Assembly: GCA_964016885.1 (NCBI GenBank)
Contig: OZ024741.1
Location: 189,844,001 to 189,908,000, forward strand
Direction of reading: 5' to 3'
DNA from: Eledone cirrhosa
Lineage: Eukaryota
DNA length: 64,000 nucleotides
Shown here: in pieces, positions 1 through 12,686 of the stretch
Position numbering within the stretch: the stretch's first letter is position 1
Layout of the letters: every line of letters starts with the position of its first letter
Program-made: the position numbers and the translations under genes
The notes under the pieces: generated by a model
The model's database searches: none
What the model saw: only the letters and a program-made list of their open reading frames with translations
Told to the model about the DNA's origin: nothing

Positions 1-364
1 CCCGTTGTCGCCTCCTTACAGCACTTCTAAATGCTGTTTTGGGCAGGTCATAGAAGAGCGTATATATATATCATCATCCTTTAACATCCTCTTTCCATGC
101 TAATCACAATTGGACGGGTCTATGTAGACCAAATCAGTACTGAAGAGGAGCTACACATGTATAGTCTTACATTCTATCAAGTGCATGAGGTGGGGTGTCA
201 TGCCTTTGACACAACTGAAATGTCCTTCCAACCCTGTGTTTGGCCAGCTTTCTATGGCTGGATGCCCTTCCTATCACCAATCACTTTACAGTGTGTACTG
301 GGTGCATTTATCATGAAGATCACATGTATGTCTGTACATATATATATATATATGTGTGTAAATA

Positions 365-575
365 CAGTGTGTTCACTTTTTACGCAAAGATGCATTTGTG
401 AATGCGACGTGTAAAGCAAATTCACGTTATTTGCGTGTTTCTGATAAATGAAAAAATTAAAAACCAAACACGCTATAGTGCGTTATTAGCGTAAAGTGAA
501 TATTTAATAATATTTGTTCAAGACGCCTAAAGCAAATTTGTATACTTCAAGTTCACATAAAAAGCGAACATACTG
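365..575. mobile_element. Tc1/mariner (pogo/Tigger-like) MITE
   Basis: TA|CAGTGTGTTCACTTTTTACG ... CATAAAAAGCGAACATACTG|TA: imperfect ~24-bp TIRs starting CAGT, with a TA target duplication. Confidence 0.75.
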
Positions 576-788
576 TATATATAGTCTAGTTGTGAGTAGT
601 CACATTGCCCTGTCACCTATGCTTATGTGTCATATGTTTGAGTGTTGCCAGCGCTAGGGTCAATGTCTTTTTCTCAATTTTTATTGCTAAATTGAAATAT
701 CACCTCCACACACATGACTGTGTGTTGATTGGAATGATTGAGGTGATCTTAAGACAGCTATCCTCTGACAAGATGAAGCAGTCATCAT

Positions 789-818
<30 letters not shown>

Positions 819-819
<1 letters not shown>

Positions 820-1016
820 GTTGAAGGAAGACGTGGTAGAGGGAGACCACGAAAAACATGGGCGGAGGTGGTGAGAACAGACCTCAGATCATTGAAGCTC
901 ACAGTGGAGATGATGAGGGACCGTGACGAGTGGAGAGATGCTGTGCTGAATAAGACCCGTCCCACCCTTGCAAGCAGGGAAAAGCGGACGTAAAATGATG
1001 ATGATGATGATGATGA
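819..1016 (+). mobile_element. RTE LINE family A, 3' end
   Basis: Encodes EGRRGRGRPRKTWAEVVRTDLRSLKLTVEMMRDRDEWRDAVLNKTRPTLASREKRT* followed by an (ATG)n tail; near-identical to 6633-6981 and 61858-62190. Confidence 0.85.
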
Positions 1017-1182
1017 TATATATATATACATATATATATATATGCGTGTGTGTGTGTGTGTCAAATGTAGAAGATATATGTATATAGAAAGGATAATGAC
1101 TATTGAACTTGTTTATTGAGAAGCACATAATTCTAACATATTTATAATATGTTACATTTATATATATATATATAAATATGTT

Positions 1183-1889
1183 ACGTCCATTTTTCCATGC
1201 TTGCATGGGTTGGACGGGTCATTCTCAGCACAGCATCTTTCCACTCATCGTGTTCCTTCATCATCTCCTCTGTGAGTCTCATTAATTTGAGGTCAGCTCT
1301 CACCATCTCTGCCCAGGTCTTTCTTTTTCTACCTCTGCTACAATTTCCTTCCAGTGGGATTTCTTGGCATTTTTTCACCCAGCGATCATCATCCATGCAC
1401 ATCACATTTCCATTACCAATGCAGTCTTCTCTCATGCACACCATCTCAGCTCATCCAAGCTCTGCTTTTCTCTCACACTTACATTGCACATCCAATGAAG
1501 CTTGGCTGCTTCATTTCTCTCCAGTCTACGCATGTCCTCTGAGTCACAGCCCATGTTTCACTCTCATGCAGCATCACACTTCACATACAGGTGTCATACA
1601 ATCATCCTTTTGTAGGTAAGGAAAAACCTTTTATGGTCAACTTGGGAGTAGCTCTCTAAATGTTTTCCTTCTTATCCGTATTCTAGCTAATATGCTTTCA
1701 GAACACCCTCCTCCATTGCTAATTACATCACCTAGATGGCAGAAGCTATCAACCACTTCCTGTGATTGGAAAAGGTTTATATCACTGGTGCTCTTCCCCT
1801 TTCTACATATTCAGCAGGACCATTTCCCTGAAGGGATCAGGGTCCTATAACTTCTCCTACTCACTAGCACTTTAGTTTTGGCTAAGTTT
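1183..1889 (-). mobile_element. RTE LINE fragment (C-terminal part of ORF)
   Basis: ORF 1181-1444 reads MDDDRWVKKCQEIPLEGNCSRGRKRKTWAEMVRADL; upstream degraded INLAKTKVL and VDSF.HLGDVI motifs. Confidence 0.8.
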
Positions 1890-3059
1890 ATATATATCTA
1901 TACATTCACACATACATGCATTTTTATTCCAATATTGTTAAGAAACCGGATAATATTTACATTTTCACAAGATTTTTTAACATTTATCAACATCATCATT
2001 ATTATATTCTAATTTAGCTAATTATTTCCATAGCCAAATTCTTTTATTCTTTAGTTTTTGGTGTTTTCTTATAAATGAAGACTATTTTTTTATCCTCTTT
2101 TTCCTTTTTTACCAAATGATATCAATGAATTTATTTTTAATTTTCTGAAAAATATTTCTGCAAATTCAAGATTCTAAAAGGATTGGCTCAGAGACAGAAA
2201 TATATCTAAATCAAATGATAACGAAATATTATGCTGAGCCTACCATCTAAACCTAGAGTGTGCCATCTGCTAAACCTAGGACCTTTTCCACTACCTTGAG
2301 TGGTTGACTCCCTCTCAAACAAAGAGTACACCCCACTGTCAAACAAAAGCTACATCTCACTGCCAAACAGTTTGTTCCACTGCCAAATATAGGATCTCTC
2401 CCACAACCAAACTATTTTCACTCTCTAGTAGTGTTTTTTGTTAAGAGTTATGTGGAGGGATGCTGTTTTAACTCTTGTTGTTTTTTTACCTATATTTCAA
2501 ATGAAATACACTTCCTGTATGAATTTCAAATAATTTTCAAAATTATCAAGAATTTGGTGGAATTCGTTAATATAAGTAACTTTTTCATTATTAAGCTACT
2601 GTTTAGAACATCACTAAACAAAGGTTCTTATATAAAATTATAAAGGAAAGTTTTTAGACAAATATATTACTTTAAAATAAAAAGTTAAGTGCCCATAGCT
2701 TTTTAGACTCTTTCTCCCAGACTGATGAGAATAATTTTTAAGATAATACTGGAACGCTGCTGGGTAATATTCTACCATGTGATGATATGTATACAACCAG
2801 TCATGCGGCATTGATATAAGCAAAAATCTTCACAACATTTGTCCTAACTCAATTTGATGACTAACTATTTCAACTCACACTTTGCAAGTTTGATGCCCAC
2901 CTGGGAGATTGCTTGGATATATTTACAATAGACTCCCCAATCCTATATACATTCTGAAAACCTAAATATTACCGAACTGGATAAAATAGCTCAACCAGAG
3001 GAGGTAATATAATAGCTAGCTTTACTCTAGCTTGCTGTATGAAACCTTCAGATGCAGAA

Positions 3060-3320
3060 ACTAGGGTCATGAATAAATGCTAGATTTTAGAAGACACATA
3101 CTGGGTTAACTCAATTCATGTAATGCAAGCTCAATGATGTTATTCAGCCAATTTGCTCTTGGTCTACCTCTGGGTCTCCTGCTGGTTGGCTTTTTCTGTA
3201 AAATCTATCTAGTGATTCTTTCCTTAAATATTCTAACCCCATATCCATAGTATTAGAGCATTGCTCTCTTAATTTGGAGAAGTAGTGGCTCTACCTAGAG
3301 TGACACCCTGATGTCTGAGC
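3060..3320 (-). mobile_element. Degraded RTE (Expander-like) 3' fragment
   Basis: Minus strand encodes KPTSRRPRGRPRANW-like motif. Confidence 0.5.
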
Positions 3321-4126
3321 TATGGACCCTACTGAGTAACATTACTCCAAAGGCCTTTCAGAGGAACCCCATAAGTTATAAAAACCAAATTTGTGGCATT
3401 TATCAAGTGGTCATGGGGAAAGAAAATATATAATCTTTGAAGTAGAATCCTTCATTATTTTTCAGTTTTCTGTTATGTCCACACCTGTGTATGTTTGGTA
3501 GGCCTCGTATGAGGTTGAACCTCATAGGAGATCTGGATGTTTTAATATGAAGGGCCCTAGTCTTATCATGTCGCCATTTCTTACAGTTACAGGGAGAAGG
3601 ATTTGAACTCATAGAATTCAAAGAGATATAACAACTACCATAAGACAATCTGTCTGATATGCTAACATTTCTGCCTATCCCTGTCCTGGACTGGGTCTTA
3701 ATACTTCTAACCCAAAAGGTTGAAAAGCAAAATTGATCTCAGCAGGATTTATATTCAATATACAGAGGACTAGGTTAAATACCACAAAGCATCTAATTCA
3801 ACCTTCTAACAACTCTGTTAATTTGATACCTAACAATCTAACATATATCATTCTTAGCGTTTACAAACTCTAAACCAACACTAAAATATTCTGAATACTG
3901 GCAAATATCTTTAATTATTATCCAATCACAATTAAAATATTCATCATCATCATTCTTTCGTTATCGTTTTTACCACTGCTTTTCCATATTGGCATGGGTT
4001 AAATGAAACACTTTTAGATAGTATTCTAGTACCTGAAGCCCTTCCTGATGTGAATCACCATTTTAGAAAAAAGTATTGCATGTATTGTACTGATTTTCAC
4101 ATGTTGAACTGCTTAGCTATAGGACA

Positions 4127-4420
4127 TCTGAACTATAATAAAGCAACGGCTGCAGGACTGCGTACGGTTTATTTCTTTTAATCCAGTTAGTAAAATAAGT
4201 TGGATTACTTTGAATAAATAATTGTTTCTACTTTTGGCACAAGGCCAGCAATTACCCAGTGCATTACTGGTACTTTATTTTATCGACCCCGTAAGAATAA
4301 ATAATGAATGAATATTACATAATTTATGTGCTAAATTTCGTAAACAAATAATTTTGTAAAAATAAATAATCTAAAATTGACTTCTTTTCAAAGTTGCACT
4401 TCCGGTATATCGTCACCACC
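4127..4420 (+). mobile_element. Helitron 5' end (A|TCTGAACTATAATAAAG), interrupted by a SINE tail
   Basis: Homologous over about 200 bp to the reverse complement of 5370-5509 and 4921-4945; starts TC after A. Confidence 0.65.
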
Positions 4421-4658
4421 ACCACCACCACCACTTCAACTACCATATATATGTATATAACTATTATGAGTATATAACTATAATGGCGCAAACACAAACT
4501 TATAAAAATACGCACTCACGGATATAATTCACATAAATACACATACTTTCACACATATACATTTACAGAAACACACACACACACAGTCATGATAGCGTTC
4601 AGTTTAATTGGAAATTTATTTATTTATTAACTCTTTTTTTTTAACTCATTTAATATAA

Positions 4659-5509
4659 CTAGCAGAAAAACCATCCTTCGGGTGGTTTTCTGCTAGCATG
4701 TGTAGTGTGTATATTGATATTATACGCAAGTATATATGCATGTAGATATGATACATCAAATAAAACCGTAATTGACAATATACACAGAAATTGAACGAAA
4801 ACTGTGTTACACTGTCTTATGTAATCAGTAACGTAATCCATGGTACATTAAAAAAAGACGATATTATATATAAACTGCATTAGGAGAAAATTAGTGACAG
4901 AAATATATGAATATTTATTTAAACGATCGCTAACCGGAAGTGTTGACATTTAAATAAGTAATAAAATATATTTAATACAGAAGACCCGCCTTGCCTAAGT
5001 ACAAAGCGAAACCTACAGTCAGTAGTCACCTCTAACAAAAATACACCCCCGCCCCATCCACACCACCCCTTTCGATGTAAAGTTATGTTGGTACCACAAC
5101 ATCCAGTCCTAAATAAATGAGGTCGTGTAGGTGTCACGACAAAAAAACACACAGTCCACGCTGTAATGTGGTCGTGTAGGTAACACAGTAAAAACCTCCC
5201 AGTCCACACTGTAAACGTGGTTGGTGTTAGGAAGGGCATCCAGCCGTAGAAAACCCGCCAGACAGTCCTATACGAGCAAGACAACCAATCTTGCCTCAAG
5301 TGGGAAAATTCCCGTCCAAACCCATGCAAGCGTGGAAGATGGACGTTAAACGATGATGATGATGATGATGAACACCCACGAAATTTAGTAGATAAATTAT
5401 GTTATATTCATTCATTATTTATTCAAAGTAATCCAACTTATTTTACTAAGGGGATAAAAAATTATAAACCGTACGCAATCCCGCGCTTCTTACTTTATTA
5501 TAGTTTAGA
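4659..5509 (-). mobile_element. Non-autonomous Helitron with nested RTE 3'UTR insertion
   Basis: Minus strand: A|TCTAAACTATAATAAAG at 5509, hairpin plus CTAG|T at 4659, AT target; 4659-4860 is homologous to 10700-10889. Confidence 0.8.
4975..5370 (+). mobile_element. RTE family B 3' end/3'UTR with (GAT)n tail
   Basis: Matches the UTR directly following the RTE ORF end at 23842-24260 and 53415-53830. Confidence 0.85.
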
Positions 5510-5644
5510 TTAAGCACTGTTGTACGCCCATTGATTAGATATATATAAATGTAATAGCATATAAATTATGTGTGCTGCAGACACATACACACATATATAT
5601 ATATTTATATATATATACACACATATACACACCACACCACACCA

Positions 5645-5760
5645 CACACAAATCGTCTTCCGAAGTTAGTGAAGCTATTATTAATCCTCCCCGAGTGAAG
5701 TAACTTGCAAATTCTTCGTAATTCATGATTTGCAATAATACATCTAATGGACACACACAC
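5645..5760 (-). repeat. ~110-bp direct repeat, copy 1 (probable Helitron 5' region)
   Basis: cacacaaatc.tcttccga.gttagtgaagctattattaatcctcccc... shared with 7002-7126. Confidence 0.6.
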
Positions 5761-5803
5761 AAATATATCTATTCATACATAGATATATATATATATAGGC
5801 AAA

Positions 5804-6277
5804 GTCTGGTCCGAAGTGCGCGAAGGCTGGTCCGAATTGCGCATGCGCAAAGATGGTCCATACTGCACATGTGCGAAGGCTGCTCTGAAATGTGCATGCG
5901 CGCAAGCTGGTCCGAACTGTGCATGCGTGACACTGGTCCGAAGTGTGCATGTGCGAAATCTGGTCCGAAGAGTGCATGCGCGAAGACAAGTCCGAAGTGC
6001 ACATCTGCGAAGGTTGGCCCATACTGTGCATGCGCGAAGGCTTGTCCGTACTGTGCATGCGCGAAGGCTGGTCAGTACTGCATATGTGTAAATGTTGGTC
6101 CGTACTGTGCATGCACGAAGGTGGGTCCGAAATGCGCACATGCGAAAGCTTGTCCAAACTGTGCATGCGTAAAGCTCCTCTGAAGCGCACGCACGAAGGC
6201 TGGTCCGTACTGCACATCAGCATAGGCTGGTCCGAAGTGCGCATGCACGAAGGATGGTATGTACTGCGCATGCACGA
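5804..6277. repeat. 27-bp GC/CpG-rich minisatellite, ~17 units (GCTGGTCCGAAGTGCGCATGCGCGAAG)
   Basis: 27-nt periodicity, visible as a 9-aa repeat in the overlapping ORFs. Confidence 0.9.
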
Positions 6278-6292
6278 ATATATATCTATATA

Positions 6293-6603
6293 TCATCATC
6301 ATTTTTACGTCCACTTTTCCCTGCTTGCAAGGGTGGGACGGGAACTGATTCAGGCTTGATTTCTACAGCTGGATGCCCTTCCAAACACCAACCTCATTTA
6401 CAGTGAGTGCTGGGTGCTTTTTTGCCGTGACACCTCCACCAGCACTTTGTAATGGAATGATATGGACTCCAGTCCCTATCATCTCATTTCTACAGCTGAG
6501 TAAACTGGAGCAATGTTAAATAAAGTGTCTTGCTCAAGGAAACAACATATCACCCAGTCTGAGAATTGAACTCACAACCTTTCGATTGCAAGGCCATGTG
6601 CCT
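6293..6603 (-). mobile_element. tRNA-derived CORE-SINE with RTE-A tail
   Basis: CORE-like ccttgagcaagacactttattt...ccagtttactcagctgtagaaatgag; tail shared with the RTE family A end. Confidence 0.8.
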
Positions 6604-6632
6604 CTATATATATACATATGTATATATATACG

Positions 6633-6981
6633 CAATGTCAATGTGCGTGGATGACCCAGCATGAATGTGTTGAGAGAGAAACTGTGTCTGAGAGGGATAG
6701 AATGTAGTGTGTGAGAGAGGAGACTGAGGTGGTATGGACATGTGATGCGCATGGAGGATGACCGATGGGCGAAGAAGTGCCAGGAAATGCCAGTTGAAGG
6801 AAGATGTGGTAGAGGTAGACCACGAAAAACATGGGCGGAGGTGGTGAGAACAGACCTCAGATCGCTGAAGCTCACTGAGGAGATGACGAAGGACCGTGAC
6901 AAGTGGAGAGATGCTGTGCTGAATAAGACCCATCCCACCCTTGCAAGCAGGGAAAAGTGGATGTAAAATGATGATAATGAT
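6633..6981 (+). mobile_element. RTE family A 3' fragment
   Basis: RLRWYGHVMRMEDDRWAKKCQEMPVEGRCGRGRPRKTW...; (ATG)n tail. Confidence 0.85.
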
Positions 6982-7001
6982 ATTGACACACATAAATGCC
7001 G

Positions 7002-7126
7002 CACACAAATCATCTTCCGATGTTAGTGAAGCTATTATTAATCCTCCCCGGATGAAGTAACTTGCAAATTCTTCGTAATTCTTGCAAAGCAATTATACAT
7101 CTAACGGACACACTCTCTAGAATAGA
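7002..7126 (-). repeat. ~110-bp direct repeat, copy 2; probable Helitron 5' end
   Basis: Minus strand begins A|TCTATTCTAGAGAGTGTGTCCG, a Helitron-like head; homologous to 5645-5760. Confidence 0.55.
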
Positions 7127-7738
7127 TATATTTGTGTGTGTGAGAGAGAGGTAGATAGACAGGTAGGTTGGCAGGTAGATAGATAGGTCGATAGATTGAT
7201 ACGTAGATATATAGGTAGGTAGATAGAAAGATAGACGATAGTGTGTTTATCTGTATATGTGGCTGTGTGTATGTATGTGAAGATGGGGAAATAAGGAAAG
7301 GATAATTTACTACAGTACCAATGATTCAATCCACAGGTGTATATTCTTTTTACCATTGCATAAGTACACTCACACAGGTACATATATATATGTATGTGTG
7401 TATCTGTCATCATCATCATCATCATCTTCGTTTAACGTCCATTTTCCATGCTAGCATGGGTTAGACGGTGTGTGCATAAGTGTTTATGTGTATATATATG
7501 TATATGTGTGTGTATCTGTTTGTCTATGTGTGTGTATGCATATGTGTGTTACTGTATCTGTGTATGTGTGCATATGTGTGTGCGTTTATGCCCGTGTGTG
7601 TGTTTCGTGATTGTAATGTTGAGAGTTGGAATCCCATCAGTGCGTTGTGTTCTTGAGCAAGGCACTTTATTTCGCCTTTCTTCTCTCCACTGAAGTAAAA
7701 AAAAGTGTACTCTGTCAGTAAGTCGAAGAACCAATGCC

Positions 7739-10424
7739 ATTGATCAGGTAGTGTACTGTGAGATTCCTGATAAAGAGACCAATCCAATTCTGCATAAGAT
7801 CATCACATCCTGCAACATTCATGGCCCATGTGGACAAGCTAATATGATGTGCTTATGTATGGAAGGGCTAGGATAACAACACCATTGCTAAAAAAGTTAT
7901 CCCAAGGCATTCAGACAAACCACATTTGTTGCCGAAAATTCCTTTCCGAAGTATAGAAGGAGTAGACACACCTATACAATCCAACTTAAAGATCAAGAAT
8001 TTACTGTTGATAATCGTTGGATTGTTCCATACAACCCTTTCCTCCCATTGAGATATCAGTGCCACATCAATTATGAGGCTGTCCACAGTGTCAAGGCTGT
8101 TAAGTACTAATATAAGTACATCACAAAAGGATCAGACAAAATCACTTTCACTATTAAGGATGGTCAAGGAAATTGTGTCCATGCCCAAAATCAGATTGAG
8201 ACCTATATCAATGTACGGTACATCTCAGCCAGTGAAGCATTCTGGAGAATCTATAAATTTCCATTACATCATCGAAAACCGCCAGTTGAAAAGTTGCCTT
8301 GCCATTTACCTGGGGAGGGCAGGAAGAAAGTATTGTTTCTAGGGGACAGCCAATGACTAAGTTGACGGAATATTTTCAACTGACCCACTGGCACAAAACA
8401 TATTGTATATTGATATTCCTAAATATTTCACTTGGACAAACAAAAAGTGGCAAAGAAGGAAAAAGAGACACCTGGATGGTGAGCAACAATTTATGAGTGA
8501 ATCTCTTGGACGCATTCAAACAGTATCTCTCAGTAGACATCAATCTGAATTATATTACCTCAGGATCATCCTACATCACAAGGCTAGGTCAACTTCATAC
8601 AAAGATTTGAGGACAATTGAAGGAGTTGAATTTCCAACATTCCAAGAAGCATGCAGGAAACTTGGTCTGTTATATGAAGATGGAGAAAAAGACAAAGCTG
8701 TGGAAGAGGTGTCATCCATTACGCTTGGTCCTCAGCTGCGAGAGATCTTCTGCACCATTTTATTGTACAGCATGCCAAATGACCATCTGCGGTTCTGCAA
8801 GAAATGGAAGAATTGTCTTGCACAGGATATCATGCATGAACGTCATGAGCAAATCATGTCCATGCAAGCCGTGCAGATTGTTCAACAAAGAAGATTCAAC
8901 AAAGACTTCAACATGATGGTTTGGACATTCATGCCAACTATGGACTTCCTCGGCCAGACCCAACTATTGTTGCCATACCAGAATTCAACAGGGTTCTTAT
9001 GGCAGAAACTGATTTCAATACACACCAACCGCAAGCAAACATAAATGAACTTCTGCCAACATTGAATCCTGAGCAACTGGTTATATTTCACAAAGTAATC
9101 ACCTCTGTAAATGAAAATGAAGGCAGAATTTTCTGCTTGAATGCAAGTGCAGGTACAGGAAAGACCTATGTCATAAACATCCTATTGGATTACCTCCGAT
9201 CTAAAAAAAAGAATTTCACTTGCCACTGCCATATCTGGAATAGCAGCAACTTTGCTTCACAAAGGTAGAACTCTTCATTCCAAGTGCAAGATTCCTCTCA
9301 ATGTGACTGCTGAATCAACTTGCTTCTTCACAAAGAGGGATGACACAGGTAAACTTATGCAGCAAGCTGACCTGCTAATCCTTGATTAGATAGGTATGGG
9401 ACATAAGCATATCTTTGAATGCCTTGACAGGAGCTTCAAAGATGTTTGAGATTGCAAAAAGCCATTTGGTGGTCTAACAGTATTACTATCTGGTGACTGG
9501 AAGCAAATTCTTCCAGTTGTACATCATGGTGTTAGACCACAAATAGTTGAGGCAACCATCAAGAGATCCTATCTCTGGGACTATGTGGAAACCATGGAGA
9601 TGACAACCAATCAACAGTTAATTAATGCAGAGGATTCTGATGAAAGACAGTTTGCAAACTACCTTCTTGATGTAGGAAATGGTAACATTCCAACTGTAGG
9701 TGCATTCACAATTCTTCTGCCAAATGAACTTTGTCTGGAATATGGTAATGTGTCTGGACTGTGTAATTTTGTGTATACAAATCTTCCAGGAAACTACGCA
9801 AACCCACTATGGCTTGCAAATAGAGCCATTATCACTCCAACAAATGATGCAGCAAGATTGGTGAATGAGTTCATGGTCAACAAGTTCCCTGGTCATGAAA
9901 TAATGTACAGAAGCTCTGATACAGTAGATAATGAACTGCAATATCCAATTGAGTTCGTCAACAAACTTACCCCATTAGGCTTCCCAACACACATACTTAA
10001 ACTGAAGAAAGGCAGTTGCATCATGCTTTTGAGAAATCTGGATCTTCTAAACGGGCATTGCAATGGTACATGCTACATCATCATCAGTTTACATAGTCAT
10101 GTAATTGAAGCTGAAGTGCCATTGGGTCCCAATACTGGAACAAGGTTGCTAATCCCAAGGATACCACATGTATCTCAAGAGCTTGAGTTCCCTTTCACCT
10201 TTACTCGCAAGCAATTTCCTGTCAAACCAGCCTTTGCCCTTACATGCAACAAGGCACAAGGGCAGACATTTGAAAAGATAGGTGTATATCTACCAACACA
10301 ATTCTTCTCACATGGTCAGATGTATGTTGCAATATCATGAGTTACAAAAAAAGAAAATATAAAAATATTAAATGAAAGGGGTCTGTTTGCTGATAACTGT
10401 GGCTACAAAGAAATTCTACAGTGA
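7739..10424 (+). pseudogene. Helitron Rep/helicase (HUH endonuclease + PIF1-type SF1 helicase), frameshifted and 5'-truncated
   Basis: IDQVVYCEIPD..NIHGPCG; DNRWIVPYNP..YQCHINYE..KY*YKYITKGSD (Rep catalytic Tyr motif); ELYYLRIILHH; Walker A ASAGTGKT; PFGG..SGDWKQILPVV; RKQFPVKPAFALTCNKAQGQT..FSHGQMYVAIS; ends YKEILQ*. Confidence 0.95.
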
Positions 10425-10699
10425 TGTGAAACAGCTATCACTCTCTTTTAGTTGAAATGCATTTCAGTTACTTTTTAACTGCTAGAAAAGGGACACTACA
10501 AAAACTTAAGAAGTGTATATGTAAATACAGTAAAACAACAATATAGCAAAGGTCAACTCTTCATATTGGTAAATGTAATTCATTCATACCAGCAGCAACT
10601 ATTTTCAAATTCACTGCTTGAAGCTTCCCATTGACATTCTCAAGTGAAGATTCATGAACATTTTCTGTCAACAGTTTCATCTCTTTTCCATCTTCATTA

Positions 10700-10889
10700 T
10701 CGCCTTTTTTTTAAATATATCATGGATTACTTTACTGATTACAGAAGTAAATGTAACACAGTCTTTGTTCAGTTTATGTGCATATTGTCAATTTACGTAT
10801 TATATCTATGTGCATATGCATTTGCGTATATCAATATACACACTATATATACTAGCAGAAAACCGCCTGAAGGACGGTTCTTCTGCTAG
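10700..10889 (+). mobile_element. Helitron 3' terminus (hairpin + CTAG|T)
   Basis: ACTAGCAGAAAACCGCCTGAAGGACGGTTCTTCTGCTAG|T about 430 bp downstream of the helicase; homologous copy at 4659(-). Confidence 0.85.
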
Positions 10890-11236
10890 TATTCTTAATG
10901 GAGAGACATTGTTTAAACTATCTCAGCTTAAAGATATATGCAGAGACAGACACATACACATATATACATATGCACACTGACACACATACACATGGACACA
11001 CACACACATATGGATGCGAATTATGGACACATATAGACATTATGTACACATATGGACATTCATATGTGTACATACACACACAATGGGTTTCGATAGTTTC
11101 CATCTGCCAAATTTCACTCAAAAGACATTGTTTAGCCTGAGACTATAGTAAAGAACACATACACAATGAGATTGAACCTAAAGCCACATGGTTAACAAAG
11201 AATATTTTTATCCACACAGTGATGTCTAATTTTAAA

Positions 11237-11428
11237 ATAAATTTTTCTACTTTTGGCACAAGGCCAGCAATTACCGCAGTGCATTACTGGCGCTTTTTTT
11301 TTTATCGACCCCATAAGGATGAAAAGCAAATTCAATCTCGGCGGAATTTGAACTCAGAACATAAAGGGTCATAACTCTATGCTGCAAAGCATGGTATCTG
11401 ACATTCTACTAATACTGCCAATCCACCT
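11237..11428 (-). mobile_element. tRNA-derived Meta-domain SINE
   Basis: Same family as 59361-59546. Confidence 0.75.
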
Positions 11429-12019
11429 TACTAAAAGTGAATTCCTACCTTAATATATATATTTAACCATCTAAAATCTTCTTTCTTCATACTTCAAAGA
11501 TTCTCTTCAAACCAATTTCTTCCTCTTCTATATTATACAAATAAAATTTCAATTAACAAAGCAACTTATGAATCCCTAAACAACTTGCTTTCATTTTTCA
11601 TTCTAGAAAAATTTCTATCATTCTTTCTTATTTTATTCAAAGAGATTCTTGCCTCTCTTTCTTTTTTTCTAGTATTTCTCTCATTCTCTGACATATCAAC
11701 AATTCCTGGTGATTGGCTTCTGGGAATGGATTCACCAAATGATTAAACATGTTTAATCTTTGCACAATGTCAATCTTTGGAAAATGTCAATTCTTGCTTT
11801 TCTCTCTACACATTCAAAAACATACCCACATTTACATATGTGTATGTGTGTATATATATGTGTATGTGTGTGTGTGTCGGTGTGTTGTCTAACTCATGGA
11901 AAATAGATGTTAAATAGCGATGATATATATGTGTGTGGGTATGTGAAAAAATATATTTATGTATGTGTGTGTGTATGTAAATATATGTGTATATATATGT
12001 AAAGGCATATATTTGTGAA

Positions 12020-12262
12020 GATACATGGCTTAGTGGTTAAATAATTGGATTCACAATCGTGAGGTTGTTAGTTCTATTCCCAGACAGGGTGATGCGTTAT
12101 GTCCTTGAGTAAGACACTTTATTTCACGTTGCTCCTTCTGCCTGGATTTGTGACCAGTAGATAGTATTAGCAAATAGAAAGACCAACGGAAACATTGTTT
12201 TTCCTCAGTTTTGATGAGCTCCTCCCCACTCATTAGGCAAATGAGGTCTGGGATCTTGTCGA
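12020..12262 (+). mobile_element. CORE-SINE variant with alternative 3' body
   Basis: tRNA head tggcttagtggtta...gttctattcc, then ccttgagtaagacactttatttcacgttgctcc; body shared with 40545-40770(-). Confidence 0.7.
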
Positions 12263-12467
12263 TATATATATATAAAGACACACACATATTCATAATGATA
12301 ACACACACATTTATGAAAACATAGTGAATGTTGAAATCAGACTGTATAATAATATTTAGTTATGTCTCTTTTAAATCTCTTAAATTCTACTGTAGGCAAC
12401 ATTACTTTCCATTCTGCTGGTGGGGGCGAGGGGGTGGGGGTAAAATAGGCACCAGTCACAGCTTACT

Positions 12468-12686
12468 TTAACCCTCTAGCATTTGCATTACTCTATATAT
12501 ACTATTATATTTTCGCAGTAAAGGCTTTATCTCACGTATTATCTCACATAATATCAAATCTATGTGATTTTGATGTCATTTATTTTGAGAACAATACAGT
12601 ATGAGTAGCAAGTTACAACCAGTTTGAACAGAAAGTGGTGAGAGAATTCTGGCTGCATAAGGCCAATATAAATGCTAAAGGGCTCA
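12468..12686. mobile_element. piggyBac-type MITE
   Basis: TTAA|CCCTCTAGCATTT ... AAATGCTAAAGGG; same family as 49801-50017. Confidence 0.75.

Noticed and set aside
2638-3648. Frames interrupted only by TGA, suggesting selenoprotein or recoding
   Set aside because: The stretches are short, have no recognisable homology and no SECIS was identified; compatible with chance or decay.
5804-6277. CRISPR-like regular repeats
   Set aside because: Units are contiguous with no unique spacers, there are no cas genes, and the context is eukaryotic; the same applies to the 41-, 60- and 32-bp arrays.
5725-6359. Cys-rich ORFs (CACAKAGPY repeats) resembling metallothionein or keratin-associated proteins
   Set aside because: All six frames are open because the unit is 27 bp and lacks stops; the frames begin in microsatellite and have no gene structure.
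9585-10340. Host PIF1 helicase gene
   Set aside because: It is intronless, collinear with Helitron Rep motifs, carries stops and frameshifts, and is followed by a Helitron terminus.
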